Shown one piece after another: positions 49,680 through 61,489 of a stretch of DNA of 64,000 nt. The DNA lies in NCBI GenBank assembly GCA_024704765.1, contig JAKMXF010000339.1, positions 161,555-225,554 on the forward strand. The letters are read 5' to 3'. The notes under the pieces are model-generated. The model had not been told where the DNA came from. It searched no databases and saw nothing but the letters and a program-made list of their open reading frames with translations. A program made the position numbers and the translations under genes. Every line of letters starts with the position of its first letter. Position 1 is the stretch's first letter. This DNA comes from Oopsacas minuta (Eukaryota > Animalia > Porifera).

Positions 49680-51831
49680 CTATTTCTGTTAGATTTACTT
49701 TGATCAATCTCCTCCTACAAAGCGCCTTCGAAGAACTCTAGATAATTCACAATCTGAAGAAGATTATATTATTGAAGTAAGCTCTCACAGCACTGAGACT
49801 GGGCTTGCTATTATTACGATAGCCTCTTCTTGCAGTGATTCTGACGAGATTAGAATTCCAGATATTTGGTCTGCCGATATGTGTAAAAGTAAACAAAAGG
49901 ATTACCAATGTATACTTTGCAAAGCTGGCACTCTGGGGTGTTGAATATGCCAGAAAGTGTATTGTCTATCCTTGCATAAGAGAAGAGGTGTTTATAACAC
50001 TACAGAATTGTCTAAAGATCTTGTTAACTATTATGGCGATACAAAAGAAGCAAGATTGAAATCATTCTGTAACAAAATTGTTCAACACAAAACTTCTCAC
50101 GCACACACAATTTCAGAAGAAAGTATTCTAAATGTAGAAAAGTCCTGTATTAAAACGCACACAGACAATTTGAAACATTTACAATTAGAGGATACTAAGC
50201 GAATTATTCAAACAACTTACTATCTTGCCAAGAATAATTGACCGTATACAGATCATCCCGATTTAGTTCCCGCTATTCTGCAACAGAAATCATTGATTAC
50301 ATAAAGTTCCAAATGAGACTTAAGATTTGTTCCCGTACACAGGAAATTGAAGGGAAAATTGTGTTAATTATTGATAAATCAACGACCTTATCAAATATTT
50401 CTTCACTAGTAGTTTATCAATAGTGCGAAACTTCAAAGTTAGAAAATCCGAAATTCATGTTGTGGGATCTCATTGAACTGGCAAAGCAGGATGCCTCAAC
50501 CATCCTGGGTACTCTACTGAATTGTGTGGAGAGTTACGGATTTGCTTCTGCTGGTGCGAGCATCTACGATAAAATATCTAAATATCATTCTCTGGCACTG
50601 CTTAAACCATCGTCTAGGTTATCTGTATCTGAAGCAATTTAGAGATTAATTTTATCAAATCACTTCAAATTATTTTATAAATTATATACTTGATATTCAC
50701 GCCCACCAAAGAATCAAAGAGAATTGAGAGAATGTTCATCGTCTGTCTGTGAACAAGCCACAAAAATTGGACGAATGCTTGATACAAGGTGGGTTGCCAG
50801 TTCTTTCCGGACAGTAAAAGCTGTCTGGTCCAGTTACCAATCTCAATGTAAACATTTCGATGTTGCATCTTAAGATCCTGAGAGAAGTTCTACTGAAAGA
50901 GCGATACTAAATGGAATGTTGCAAATAATTCGAACACCTGAATTTCTTGTCGATCTGGGTCTAATGTATGATACTCTCTATTAGTTATCAGCTCTTTCTG
51001 AATTACAACATCGTACCGCTACAATTATTTATGTGATAAAATGATTTGCAGAACAATTCGACGTCTAGAAAACTTGATCGAGAATGAAGGCACGAGATCA
51101 CTATAGGCAGAATGTGCTAGTAGGAATTTATAATTCAATCTAACAACTCTCATACCGAATGCATCTATTACTAACATTAATACAGTCAATTTTCTTAGCA
51201 CTTTGATCAAGTTTATGCAGGCTTGTTTATTCAGAGAAACTGTGGCAGATGACTCATCTATAATAAAGAATCTGGAAGTATTATCACCAGAATGTTGCCC
51301 TGTTGAACACACTCCTGGGTATGGAGAAAGAGAAGTCAAACTTTTATGTGACCGGTTTGGATTAATTATCTGAAATAAGATAATTACTGCATTATGTGAT
51401 TACTATGAGGATTTGGGACTCAAGATGTATTGATGTTATTTCCTGTAGCTTATCGGGATGTGAGCGCACGGCTTAGCCTGATGAATATCATTTTAGATGA
51501 GAAACGCAACAGAAGATTACCAATAAAACATGTTTCCTCGTTGATGTTCATCCAAATTTATAGTCCTCCTTTATCAATATGGAATCCCACAGAATATACT
51601 AAACATGGGTAAGACATTATAATTCTGCTACGGTGTGTCGAAGTTGGAAAGATAAAACATTTGCACAGAAGAAGGACAACATTATTTGTGAATATTTTTA
51701 GTGTATATTACTCATAATGTGGATTACAAACATGTTTCGTTAAAAAACAAAAAACTTTGTTGGAAACAATTTTTCGGGATATATTCTTGTATAAGCGCTC
51801 CCCCACCATAAATTTGAGCACTACACCCCTG
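49680..51831 (+). mobile_element. Decayed KIAA1586-like hAT element (mirror of 18945-21090)
   Basis: PDIWSADMCKSKQKDY...GTLGC.IC, then HKTSHAH, then RWVASS-region and dimerisation-domain fragments. Terminus cactacacccctg at 51831. Confidence 0.8.
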
Positions 51832-54399
51832 AGTACTTCCAAATATCAGCAAAAGTTGATAATCCTTGAGTGACCGGTGAGACGATGAAATTCTACCTTC
51901 TAAGTATCTTAATAAGGAAAATTTGAATATAATTTGAGAAATCAAAATATTTGATGCAAATTTGTTCTATACGACAAGGCAATATACACGGCACAACAAT
52001 GTTATATTGCGTTTCCATGCAACAATTTGACTGTGTATGGTGGGATTAAGGTTGGAGGAGATACACATATTCATATGTAAGCCAATATATATATAAGAAT
52101 AAGTTTTCTCGAAATATTCAACCCAGATATATGAAAACTGTGTATGAGTGAACACAAAACGAGAGACAGCTTCATCTAGAATATAATCATGACATTATAT
52201 TATCAATCAAACAGAGGACCAAAAACGGAACCGTCTACATTCAGGGATACCTTGAAACCATCAGTCAAACATAAGAATAATACTATTGAAAGATAAGGTA
52301 CATAATCCAAATTCGAAGTAATAGAGTATTCTGTAGAGGTCTTCGTGCATTCAGTGATTTTTGAAACGTTATCCTTCAAGGCAATTAAACAAGAATTGTT
52401 GCATAGATTCGATATCAAAAATGTGCGCTGTAAATCGATGATTCAGGGTTGTGTTGAGAAATTTCAAACTGAGAGGACTGTTAAGATGTTAAATAGTAAA
52501 TCAGAATACGTGCAAGTCATGAATGGAGAAATAGTTCTGAAGAATGTACTAGTTGTTTCATAAATTTTGNATTAATTCATTCGTGCTAATTTTAGCATTT
52601 AAACTGTCATTTTGACTTATATAATCGCAATGTATACTATTTTGACTGTGTTTGTCTCGTTACCCAGCATTTGATTAGAAGAATACACAAAATTTTAGAT
52701 AAATTCCTGCTATTTTGAGTGTTTTAACCTTCAAATGACCTTCAGGTGACCTTTTAGATGGTCAAAAGTATAAAAAATTAATTCCTTGTCCCTCAAAACC
52801 CCATGTTAGACACCAAGATGAAGGTTTTAGCATGTGTACAACCCAAGTTCCAGGCCCCGAGCATAGGAGATACTAGTCCTTCTATTTAAGGAGTCTATGG
52901 TTTAACCTCAAACCAGCACTGATAACAAGCAAAGAATACAAGGAAGCACAAACCAAATTATAAGACATTAAATGTCATTCATTGTAGAATTACATTTCAA
53001 AAATAAAGAATCTATTTTCATGCAATATTCGGACAAATTGTATAGCTTGTGAATACATTAATCTAACACCAAATGCGATCTAAGATATGTGGCATGAAAG
53101 ATGCTACAAAACTTTGTGTGTCGCCAGTAGATATTAAGGTTTGATACCAACATCTGCCTGTCCCATTGGCATTTTCGTAGAGCTGCTATAGGTTAACCTG
53201 ACCAATTCAAAATCTGTGGCCCTGAGCTAAGGATTTTTGGTTCTATTTTTTGTAATTTTTGTTTGTCATATCAGGAAATTCGTATACACAATATTCGTAT
53301 TTTACAACTTTCCTTTGAAGTTGTAAATCCAGAATTTTCAATTTCAAATTAGTATTTATGTAAAAGAGACTGAAACTAGCAAATATTTCAATTGAATCTC
53401 AAATACATCCCTGGTGGGTTTCTTGTAAATATCCGTGATGGAAGTTTCTCATATGTATACTTTTGTTGTTTTTATGAATATAGATTATGGAGTAAACAAA
53501 TACTTGCAAATTGTTGAAATATATATTTATTCATTCAATTTTGCAATTGTATACTTTGCTAAATTAGAATTCGATTTTAACATTTTATGATGTCTAACAA
53601 GATTAGTAAAATTCTATTTTATCTTCCTTGCCAAAATGAATATTTTTCAATAATCCACTAAAATTACTTTGGTAAATTTAAGTCGGAACAGACGGTGATT
53701 TGAGATTTATATTTCGAAATTCTAACTATTGAATCTTTACATTTGAACTACAGTCAACTTCTGTTATACAGAAGCTCAAGGGACTGCTATAATTACTGCG
53801 AAAATAGCGGAGTACGGCATAACCGATGAAATGTATTTACTTAGAAGGTTTGGGACCATATTGATGATAATCCATAATTCGGTGTAAGTATTTCTGTATA
53901 TCCGAGCAGGAGTTGACTGTACTTGTATATGATAATCCACAGCTGTTACAAACCTGAGGTACACAGGATCTCATAATTTGTATTCCATAGAATGTGCTAA
54001 AATTATTATATAGAAGTAATGCTGTCTTAGATATACACGAGTTCTAATTGTATTTAAGCAATTGATTAAGTTCTCATATTATTACCACTAACACCTAGCT
54101 CAGCTCCGATCCTTTGACAAAACTTCTAACACACACATCTGTAGCTTAATACTCTCCTTCTGATTGGTAACACAATAAGTAGGTACGGAGCCTTGTTGCT
54201 GTTCTTCTAGGAGTTGTCTGGTTATCTAGTTATTTCTTTGTCATTTCGTCTTCCCTCATCTTAGCTAATTTCTCAGCCAATTTGTAATTTTGTGGAATTA
54301 TTATTTAATCCCAGATTCGTAGTACCGTAATTATTAATATATAAAGAGTGAAATATGATAATTTAATTACAAACAAATATGTAAATAACAACAATATAA

Positions 54400-55569
54400 T
54401 TAATATATATTTATTTCACAATCATCAAAACTAGCACAAATAATATCGAAGTTATTATTAACAACTATTCCTCTAGGATAAATACATTTAATTTTGTGTA
54501 TCAGCTGTCCATCTTTAGTAAATATTTTAATTGAATTTCTAAAATAATCGCTAATTATAATATTATTATACAAATCACAACACAGAAAAATATATTCTCC
54601 AACTCCAGTTTCTAATTTTATTATACTTTTCAACAAATCACCTGATTTAGAGAATATGTGTATATTATTAATCTTATTACTGTCTGCAACAAATATCTTA
54701 TTATTATATATTTTGACGTCATGCGGGAATATGAGTTTGTCTTTTCCTATTTCTCTAATATAGTATAAATCAGAGCTGAATACTGCAATTCTATTATTTT
54801 CAGAATCTGCAACTAACACTTCTCCATTTGTGTCAGTTGTTAGACCAAGAGGGAAACTAACATCTCCCTTAACACTCTTAATTAATTCGTAATTTGTTTT
54901 AGAGAATGTATATATAGTATCAAGTATCCTATCACTTATAAACACCCGTTCCTTATTTAATGCTATACCGTGTGGATACTTTAGCTCCCACAAATCAAAT
55001 TCATGAATGAACTTACCCTCTGTAGAGAAGATCAGTATTCTAGTATTGTCTCCATCTGCTATATAGATCTTTTCTCCATCTAGAGCTAGTCCACTAGGAA
55101 TATACCGCTCTCCTTTCTTTCTGCTCTGACCCCCAATCTTTCTGATGGGCTTTGTCTTGTTTCTGTATAGTACAGCTATATCCTGAAAAGACCCCAACTT
55201 CTCCAGCTGTTTTAGTAGAGAGTCTAGACCCTCAGTATTGAGGGAAGGGAATGGGATAGGTGTTTCATTTTCGTATTTCTGTATTTCAGCTCTTGTTTGC
55301 CTCATCTGTTCTTCTTGAAACTTTCCTACTTCGTTCTGCTGAATGCTAGTTTCCATTAATTGTTGGATGAGCTTCTCCAGGTCTGCTACTTGTTTCTTTC
55401 TCGTATTCTCCTTGTTCAGATAGTCCTGCTTGATATCGAACAGCTGAACAAGCAGCTGATCTCTCCTCTCTGTTACAATCCTAATTATCTTCTCGAAGGT
55501 GGAATAGATCAGTTGTTCCGTTAGTTCGAAATGGTTTGTAGGATTTTCATCTGTGTATTGGGTGGCCAT
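54400..55569 (-). CDS. Coiled-coil + NHL-repeat protein (TRIM-NHL-like, no RING/B-box), 389 aa
   Basis: Intact single-exon ORF. It has an N-terminal heptad-rich helix (ERRDQLLVQL...LEKLIQQL) followed by NHL blades (PSGLALDGEKIYIAD, YPHGIAL, FPLGLTTD, FPHDVKI, YPRGIVV). Confidence 0.9.
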   Translation of the reverse strand: MATQYTDENPTNHFELTEQLIYSTFEKIIRIVTERRDQLLVQLFDIKQDYLNKENTRKKQVADLEKLIQQLMETSIQQNEVGKFQEEQMRQTRAEIQKYENETPIPFPSLNTEGLDSLLKQLEKLGSFQDIAVLYRNKTKPIRKIGGQSRKKGERYIPSGLALDGEKIYIADGDNTRILIFSTEGKFIHEFDLWELKYPHGIALNKERVFISDRILDTIYTFSKTNYELIKSVKGDVSFPLGLTTDTNGEVLVADSENNRIAVFSSDLYYIREIGKDKLIFPHDVKIYNNKIFVADSNKINNIHIFSKSGDLLKSIIKLETGVGEYIFLCCDLYNNIIISDYFRNSIKIFTKDGQLIHKIKCIYPRGIVVNNNFDIICASFDDCEINIY

Positions 55570-55767
55570 TTGTTTGTTGTTCTGTTTATGATCAGTCTCA
55601 TTTACAGACTGTATTTATACAAGTTTGTAGGTTAATTATTGAGATAGAAAGTTACAACTAATCACATTTCCTTAAACTCTACCACGAGACTATTATCTCA
55701 CAGAATTACGGATGTGTTAGGTCAGATAGCTTTCAACATGAAAATTAGTTCCAGTTATAACTACCCA

Positions 55768-56173
55768 CAGGGTTTCATCCAGGCGCGTATTTAAAAAGAT
55801 ATTATAGTTAAGCGCGTGAAAATTTTAACAGCTAGGCGCATGGACGCGCCTAGGTTAGTATCGATAAATAAAATAATTTAATGGGTTACGTCGATGTATA
55901 AAATCCTATATATTGAGTTGTATTACAGTTTATAAGATGAATTCAGTTGTTGAATTCATTAATATTGTAAAATAATTCAAAAAGGCATAATAACGTATTT
56001 GTGTAGTGATCTGAATGACACCCTGGAATGTAGTATACGTTTATTATATGTAATGGATATGGTTTGTTTATAAATTAAGTTTGGGACTCTCGAAAATTCA
56101 AATTATCTAGGCGCGTAAGTGAAATCGAGGAATCATTTAGGCGCGCTACATTTAAAAGCTGGATGAAACCCTG
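55768..56173. mobile_element. hAT-type MITE, 406 bp
   Basis: Perfect 15-bp TIR cagggtttcatccag / ctggatgaaaccctg, flanked by 8-bp actaccca / actacaca (7/8 match). Confidence 0.88.
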
Positions 56174-56736
56174 ACTACACACATTCCTTGTATAGAATTA
56201 GTTGCTATGCTATATTAGCTATCAATTTCAATTCGTGATCCTAATCATTTCTTGTATATTCCTCCCTGAAATTTAGCCGTTAAGAATATGAAAATATTGA
56301 GTTTTTGATAATTCATACGTTATACAATATTTTACATTGTCAAAGGTGTCAAAATATGATTAATCACAATATATGCAATTATAATTAGAGAATAGTTCTA
56401 TGCAATATTTCTATTTTAGAAATACAAACTGCTAAAGGCAGAATAATTCGTATTGAAAGAGACTTTCTCATGGAAATATAGTCAAATACCTCTTGTCTTA
56501 ATGTTATACAAATACCTTTCTGAGTAATTAAGGTTTGTCTAGGTGGTCTGAATACCTTTTATCTTTATGCTAATCTGGCGCCTAAACAATCCAAGAGACA
56601 GTGATCAATATCAGTGAGGTTATATAACTTTCCTGAGAGATTATTCATATCTTAAGTGATAATATTTAAGCTAGGGCGTCATTATTTCCGTCTTTTTCTC
56701 ATTAATTGATTTATCTATAATTTACATACACCATAC

Positions 56737-57124
56737 ATGAGTATAGAATTTACATACATGAATATAGAATTTACATACATGAATATAGAATTTACATACA
56801 TGAGTATAGAATTTACATACATGAATATAGAATTTACATACATGAGTATAGAATTTACATACATGAGTATAGAATTTACATACATGAGTATAGAATTTAC
56901 ATACATGAATATAGAATTTACATACATGAGTATAGAATTTACATACATGAGTATAGAATTTACACACATGAGTATAGAATTTGCACACATGAATATAGAA
57001 TTTACATACATGAGTATAGAATTTACATACATGAGTATAGAATTTACATACATGAGTATAGAATTTACATACATGAGTATAGAATTTACATACATGAGTA
57101 TAGAATTTACATACATGAGTATAG
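56737..57124. repeat. 21-bp minisatellite (atgagtatagaatttacatac), ~18.5 units, truncated by an N at 57125
   Basis: Direct head-to-tail repeats with few variants (agt/aat, cac/tac). They generate spurious 7-aa repeat ORFs. Confidence 0.95.
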
Positions 57125-57270
57125 NGCCCGTCGTTTTGATAGAAATCTTTGTTCTTGCTGCTGAACTTCATAACATTTCACCAGCTGCGTATAGAATGCT
57201 ACGAAAATCTGGTGCTATTGCATTACCTCGAGTAGAACTGTTGAAGAAACTTCTTTCTAATAGTCTACAT

Positions 57271-59597
57271 CAGTGGTTCTCAAACTATTCTATCACACCG
57301 CCCCCAAGCACTTATTTACCCTTTTCATCGCCCCCCTTCCGCCCACAGCCCCACACTAATGAAATTCTAATATTTTTGCAACTCGTATATCAGTTTTAAT
57401 GTGCTAATAATGTGTAGACTATGGAGTGTAGAGTTTAGACTACTCAGTTTGAAGAGTGCACTTGTGTGTGGTTGTTCTGGATAAGACTTTTCACGTCTGG
57501 TATCATATTTGTGAGCAGCAATCTCAAATCTCCACCTAGTGATATGTTAAGTCTATTTCTGTTTGGTTAGCAATTGAACTACAGCACTGAAACCTTTCTC
57601 CACTAGATATGATGTGGGGAATGCCAAAGATAGCAATTTGGCTCTCTTCCATAATGCTGCATATTGGCTACGTTTGGAGAATGCTGGCCAAAATTGTTCA
57701 TTACCCATCATTCTAAAACGCGCTTTCTCCTCGCAGTCATTCTGCAGGTCGATTAACTCTTCTTGAAAACTTAGTGAAACGGTTTCAACGTGCACACAAA
57801 ATGGGTCAATAATCCAATCTGGTATTTCCAGTTCTAAGAGATCCGTGAACCGCTTAGTCATGTCCATTTTGAGCTCATCAAGATGATCACAGTAAGCAAG
57901 CATGTCGTCATCAGATACCTCAAGCTGTGCTAAACGGGAAAACTGGTAGAATTCTCTTCTACCAATGTTTTGTTTAAACAAGGTCAGTTTTCCAATAAAT
58001 GAGCAGATAACTGTTTTGCACTTAATAAGAGTAACTACACTGCCTTGAAGTTGCAAGTTCATCGCGTTGAATTTGTCATATATGTCCGATAGGTAAGCAA
58101 CATCAAATTTAGCTTTTTGAACATCCTTAATTAGTTGCGGGTTCGCTTTCTCCAAAAATTCAACAATAGTATCAAAAAGAGAATAGAATCGACTGAGATA
58201 ATTTGCTTTCGAGAGCCATCTAACTTCAGTATGGAAAAGAAGACGTTCAAATTCGGTTTCATTTTCGTGACAAAGTTGACGAAATATCCTGTCATTGAAT
58301 GCGGAGGATTTAATTTTGTTGACCACAGTAATGACTATATTTAATGAGTCATGCAAACGCACGCTAAGATGTTTAGCGACCAAATGTTCGCGATGAACGA
58401 CGCAGTGAATAGCAAAAAGTTCGGGAACAGCTCTTTTCATGTATGAAATAAAGCCACGTTGTCGACCAACCATAGCAGGGGCACCATCCGTTGCACACGC
58501 AAGAATATTACTCAAAGGAATTTCTTTTTCCGTAAAAAAATATTCCACTACTTTGAAAATTGATTCGCCTTTTGAATCTGTTACAAGCGGTCTAGCAAAG
58601 AGCATTTCTTCAACCAGCTTTCCCTCTTGAATGAAGCGGACATATGCAAGAAGTAGCGCTTCATTGCCTGGAAGTGTAGATTCATCGATTTGTAGTGAAA
58701 ATTCCGTCCTTCTAAGTATGTTGCATAGTGAATTTTCGACATCAGTAGCCATCATATTTATTCTCCTTGCAACCGTGTCATTGCTCAGAGGAATGGACTG
58801 TACTACACTATGGCCATTTGCATGCATGACAGTAGTCACTACTTCTTGAATTGCGGGAAGAATGAGTTTTTCACCAATAGTATGTGGCTTTCCAGTTTTT
58901 GCTATTAATAGCGAAATGTTGTATGACGCAACCAAGCCATCTATGTTTTGTTTGTCCACTTTTCCAAACATTCCGCCCAGCGTTTTGCGATTGTCTCGCA
59001 AATTTTTGAAGAATTCAACATCATTATCTGACTTGTCGCCGTGCCGTGATTTTAAATGAACAATCATCCTTGAAGGCTTCATTCCTTCGTTAGAAAATAC
59101 TTGATCGCATAGCAAGTACATTGGAAGCTGCTCATTGCACGGAGATTTCACAAAGCCGTATTTGATATAATCAGCGCTATACTGTCTATACTTCTTTTTA
59201 CTATCCATATTCCTTGATCGAGTTTATCAGATTCTATTTACTTAACTTATTTATATAGTTACCCGCTTTAAGACATATTCATTTGTTATGAATTAACAAA
59301 ATTGTGATCATGATTGTTCTTATTGGGGAAGCCATCACCAGTGTAACTATGTTATTTGATATATTATCAACAACCTAAACTGATTATTATATTCATTATT
59401 GTTTATTAACACTGACTGGTTATTCATTTCAAGAATATCCTGTTACCAATTATGATTTGATGTTTGTCAGATGCTTTGCTACTAAAACCCGTGGCGCCCC
59501 CCCAGCGCCCCCCCAGCGCCCCCTTGTGGTATAGCCGCCCCCCAATACGCTTCCAACGCCCCCTAGGGGGCTCTATGGCCCACTTTGAGAATCACTG
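57271..59597 (-). mobile_element. Full-length Buster/Charlie-type hAT transposon
   Basis: TIRs cagtggttctcaaact / actttgagaatcactg; perfect 8-bp TSD gtctacat (57263-57270 and 59598-59605). Confidence 0.95.
57553..59208 (-). CDS. Buster/ZBED5-like hAT transposase (551 aa; last ~38 aa lost to a frameshift)
   Basis: YRQYSADYIKYGF, FSLQIDEST, CATDGAPAM, IHCVVHREHL, HTEVRWLS, FPTSYLVEKGFS. The conserved tail RNRLNI..GDLRLLLT lies in another frame. Confidence 0.9.
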   Translation of the reverse strand: MDSKKKYRQYSADYIKYGFVKSPCNEQLPMYLLCDQVFSNEGMKPSRMIVHLKSRHGDKSDNDVEFFKNLRDNRKTLGGMFGKVDKQNIDGLVASYNISLLIAKTGKPHTIGEKLILPAIQEVVTTVMHANGHSVVQSIPLSNDTVARRINMMATDVENSLCNILRRTEFSLQIDESTLPGNEALLLAYVRFIQEGKLVEEMLFARPLVTDSKGESIFKVVEYFFTEKEIPLSNILACATDGAPAMVGRQRGFISYMKRAVPELFAIHCVVHREHLVAKHLSVRLHDSLNIVITVVNKIKSSAFNDRIFRQLCHENETEFERLLFHTEVRWLSKANYLSRFYSLFDTIVEFLEKANPQLIKDVQKAKFDVAYLSDIYDKFNAMNLQLQGSVVTLIKCKTVICSFIGKLTLFKQNIGRREFYQFSRLAQLEVSDDDMLAYCDHLDELKMDMTKRFTDLLELEIPDWIIDPFCVHVETVSLSFQEELIDLQNDCEEKARFRMMGNEQFWPAFSKRSQYAALWKRAKLLSLAFPTSYLVEKGFSAVVQLLTKQK

Positions 59598-60151
59598 GTC
59601 TACATGATGAAAACTTGAGGCAACTTCTTCAAGAGCTTCAACCCCAGCAGCGTCTTGTAAACATTTTATTTGATGAGGTGAAGCTAACAGAAACTCTTAG
59701 GTACTCTGGTGGTCATGTTGTTGGTTATGCTCAAAATAGATCTGGTGACGCTGAAGTTCTCGCAACACATGCTTTAGTGATCGAGGTTGTATGCCATTTT
59801 GGTGGCCCTAAATATATTCTACGTATTCATCCTGTCGCGAAACTCAATTCAGATCAACTCAAGGGTATATTACTCGAAGCTCTCGCAGCAGTTAGCAATG
59901 CTGGTGGCACTACAATTTCTTGTATATGTGACAATTGCAATACAAATGTCTCAGTCTATGCTAAATTAGGTGGAGCTGGTAGAGTGTTTATAGACATCTT
60001 AAACTCTCACGCTTTTCTCGTTTATGACTATGTCCATTTATTCAAAAACATTAGGAATAACTGGATAACTGTGCCTCATAAGGAACTCGCATTCACAAAA
60101 GATGGTAAATCACACATAGCACGTTGGAAAGACATAGAAGCACTTTACATT

Positions 60152-60339
60152 NNNNNNNNNNNNNNNNNNNNNNNNNNNNNNNNNNNNNNNNNNNNNNNNN
60201 NNNNNNNNNNNNNNNNNNNNNNNNNNNNNNNNNNNNNNNNNNNNNNNNNNNNNNNNNNNNNNNNNNNNNNNNNNNNNNNNNNNNNNNNNNNNNNNNNNNN
60301 NNNNNNNNNNNNNNNNNNNNNNNNNNNNNNNNNNNNNNN
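60152..60339. other. Assembly gap (run of N)
   Basis: Seen directly. Confidence 0.99.
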
Positions 60340-61489
60340 AACTGAATTTTAAGCTCAAAAACTATAATTTATGATAATATGAAAGGTGTCAATGACGTCA
60401 TAACTTTTTAATGAGATGACCTAGATTTTTTTTATGCAGAAATCGTTTTCTCAGGGGTAATTTCCTATTGGCTAATAATGCATTATATATCTCTATCTTG
60501 CATGGTTTTCCTATTTCCATTTCACCCCCCAAAAATGCCCACTGTGCGATATTGGTTAAGATATATTATAGGATTAGGTAGTGAATTTCAGGCTAGCGAG
60601 GGGTCATGACTATAAGATCAAATTTATTAATTACAACGATGCAACCTGAATCATTACTAAATCGATGTTAACGATTATTTATCCTCAAGTACTCTACTAA
60701 ACTTTATGAATTGCATGACCAATTAATAGGGACGTCCGGTCAGATTTGAATTTATTCCATTCTGTATTGGAGAAATTTCTGAATAATTCAAATGGAAAAC
60801 TAGCTCTGATGCATAGCTCAGCACAGACTAGATCTGCTCAAAAAATCTGTAATGTTAGATTTAGTTGAGATTGTACCGTTTATGATGGTGAGTTAATATC
60901 TATTTGTTACTAGCAAGCTTCATTTACTTGGAGTGGCGAGGCTATGGTGGCTACGGTGATAAGCCCATGAAATTGAAATTCTCGCCCCTTCCCAATGATT
61001 GCGAGTTAGTTCACTTAATTATTCAATTCATTATTGTTGCTCTTAACTCAAATGTGTAATTTATCATTCTTAATAATTTTGTGTTCTGGAGGGTAAGCCT
61101 TCTTGCTCGCTGACCATATATCCGTACTTTATACAATTCTTGGTGTCATCCTAGACATTTATAATGCGCTCGCGAATTAGGTTCTAGGAACGAGATTGCT
61201 CCATACCTAGGGATACAGCCCGCCTTACCCCATTTTACTCATTAGTTAGCTACGCGTCAGGAAGCTGCTTCACAATCACTCATGTACTCATCTCATACTT
61301 ACCCACCCTTTGTGATAATTCCTGGGATTTTCGAATGATTTCCATTCAGGATTTCAATGTTATAAATGCATAAATAGCAATTTTAGCCAATTATTTCCAA
61401 AAAATGGTATATATTTTCGAATTTTCACTTGATTCTAAAATTCTTTCCAAAATTTCTTGTGAATCCCGAGCTGTACATCTACCCAAAAT

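Larger units (their letters stand above)
43240..52569. repeat. Right arm of the inverted segmental duplication, ending at an assembly N (52570)
   Basis: Reverse complement of ~18203-27100; the NHL proteins at 22848 and 47046 are identical. Confidence 0.9.
57126..60151 (+). mobile_element. P-element/THAP9-like transposase fragment, split by the hAT insertion and truncated by Ns on both sides
   Basis: AAELHNISPAAYRMLRK...LPRVELLKKLLSNSLH | DENLRQ...ILFDEVKL...ICDNCNTN...YDYVHLFKNIRNNW. The frame is restored once 57271-59597 and one TSD copy are removed. Confidence 0.85.

Noticed and set aside
56715-57399. Repeat-protein ORFs or a CRISPR array in the 21-bp repeat
   Set aside because: Units are head-to-tail with no unique spacers and no cas genes are present. 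The ORFs are a by-product of the 21-nt period and run across an N.
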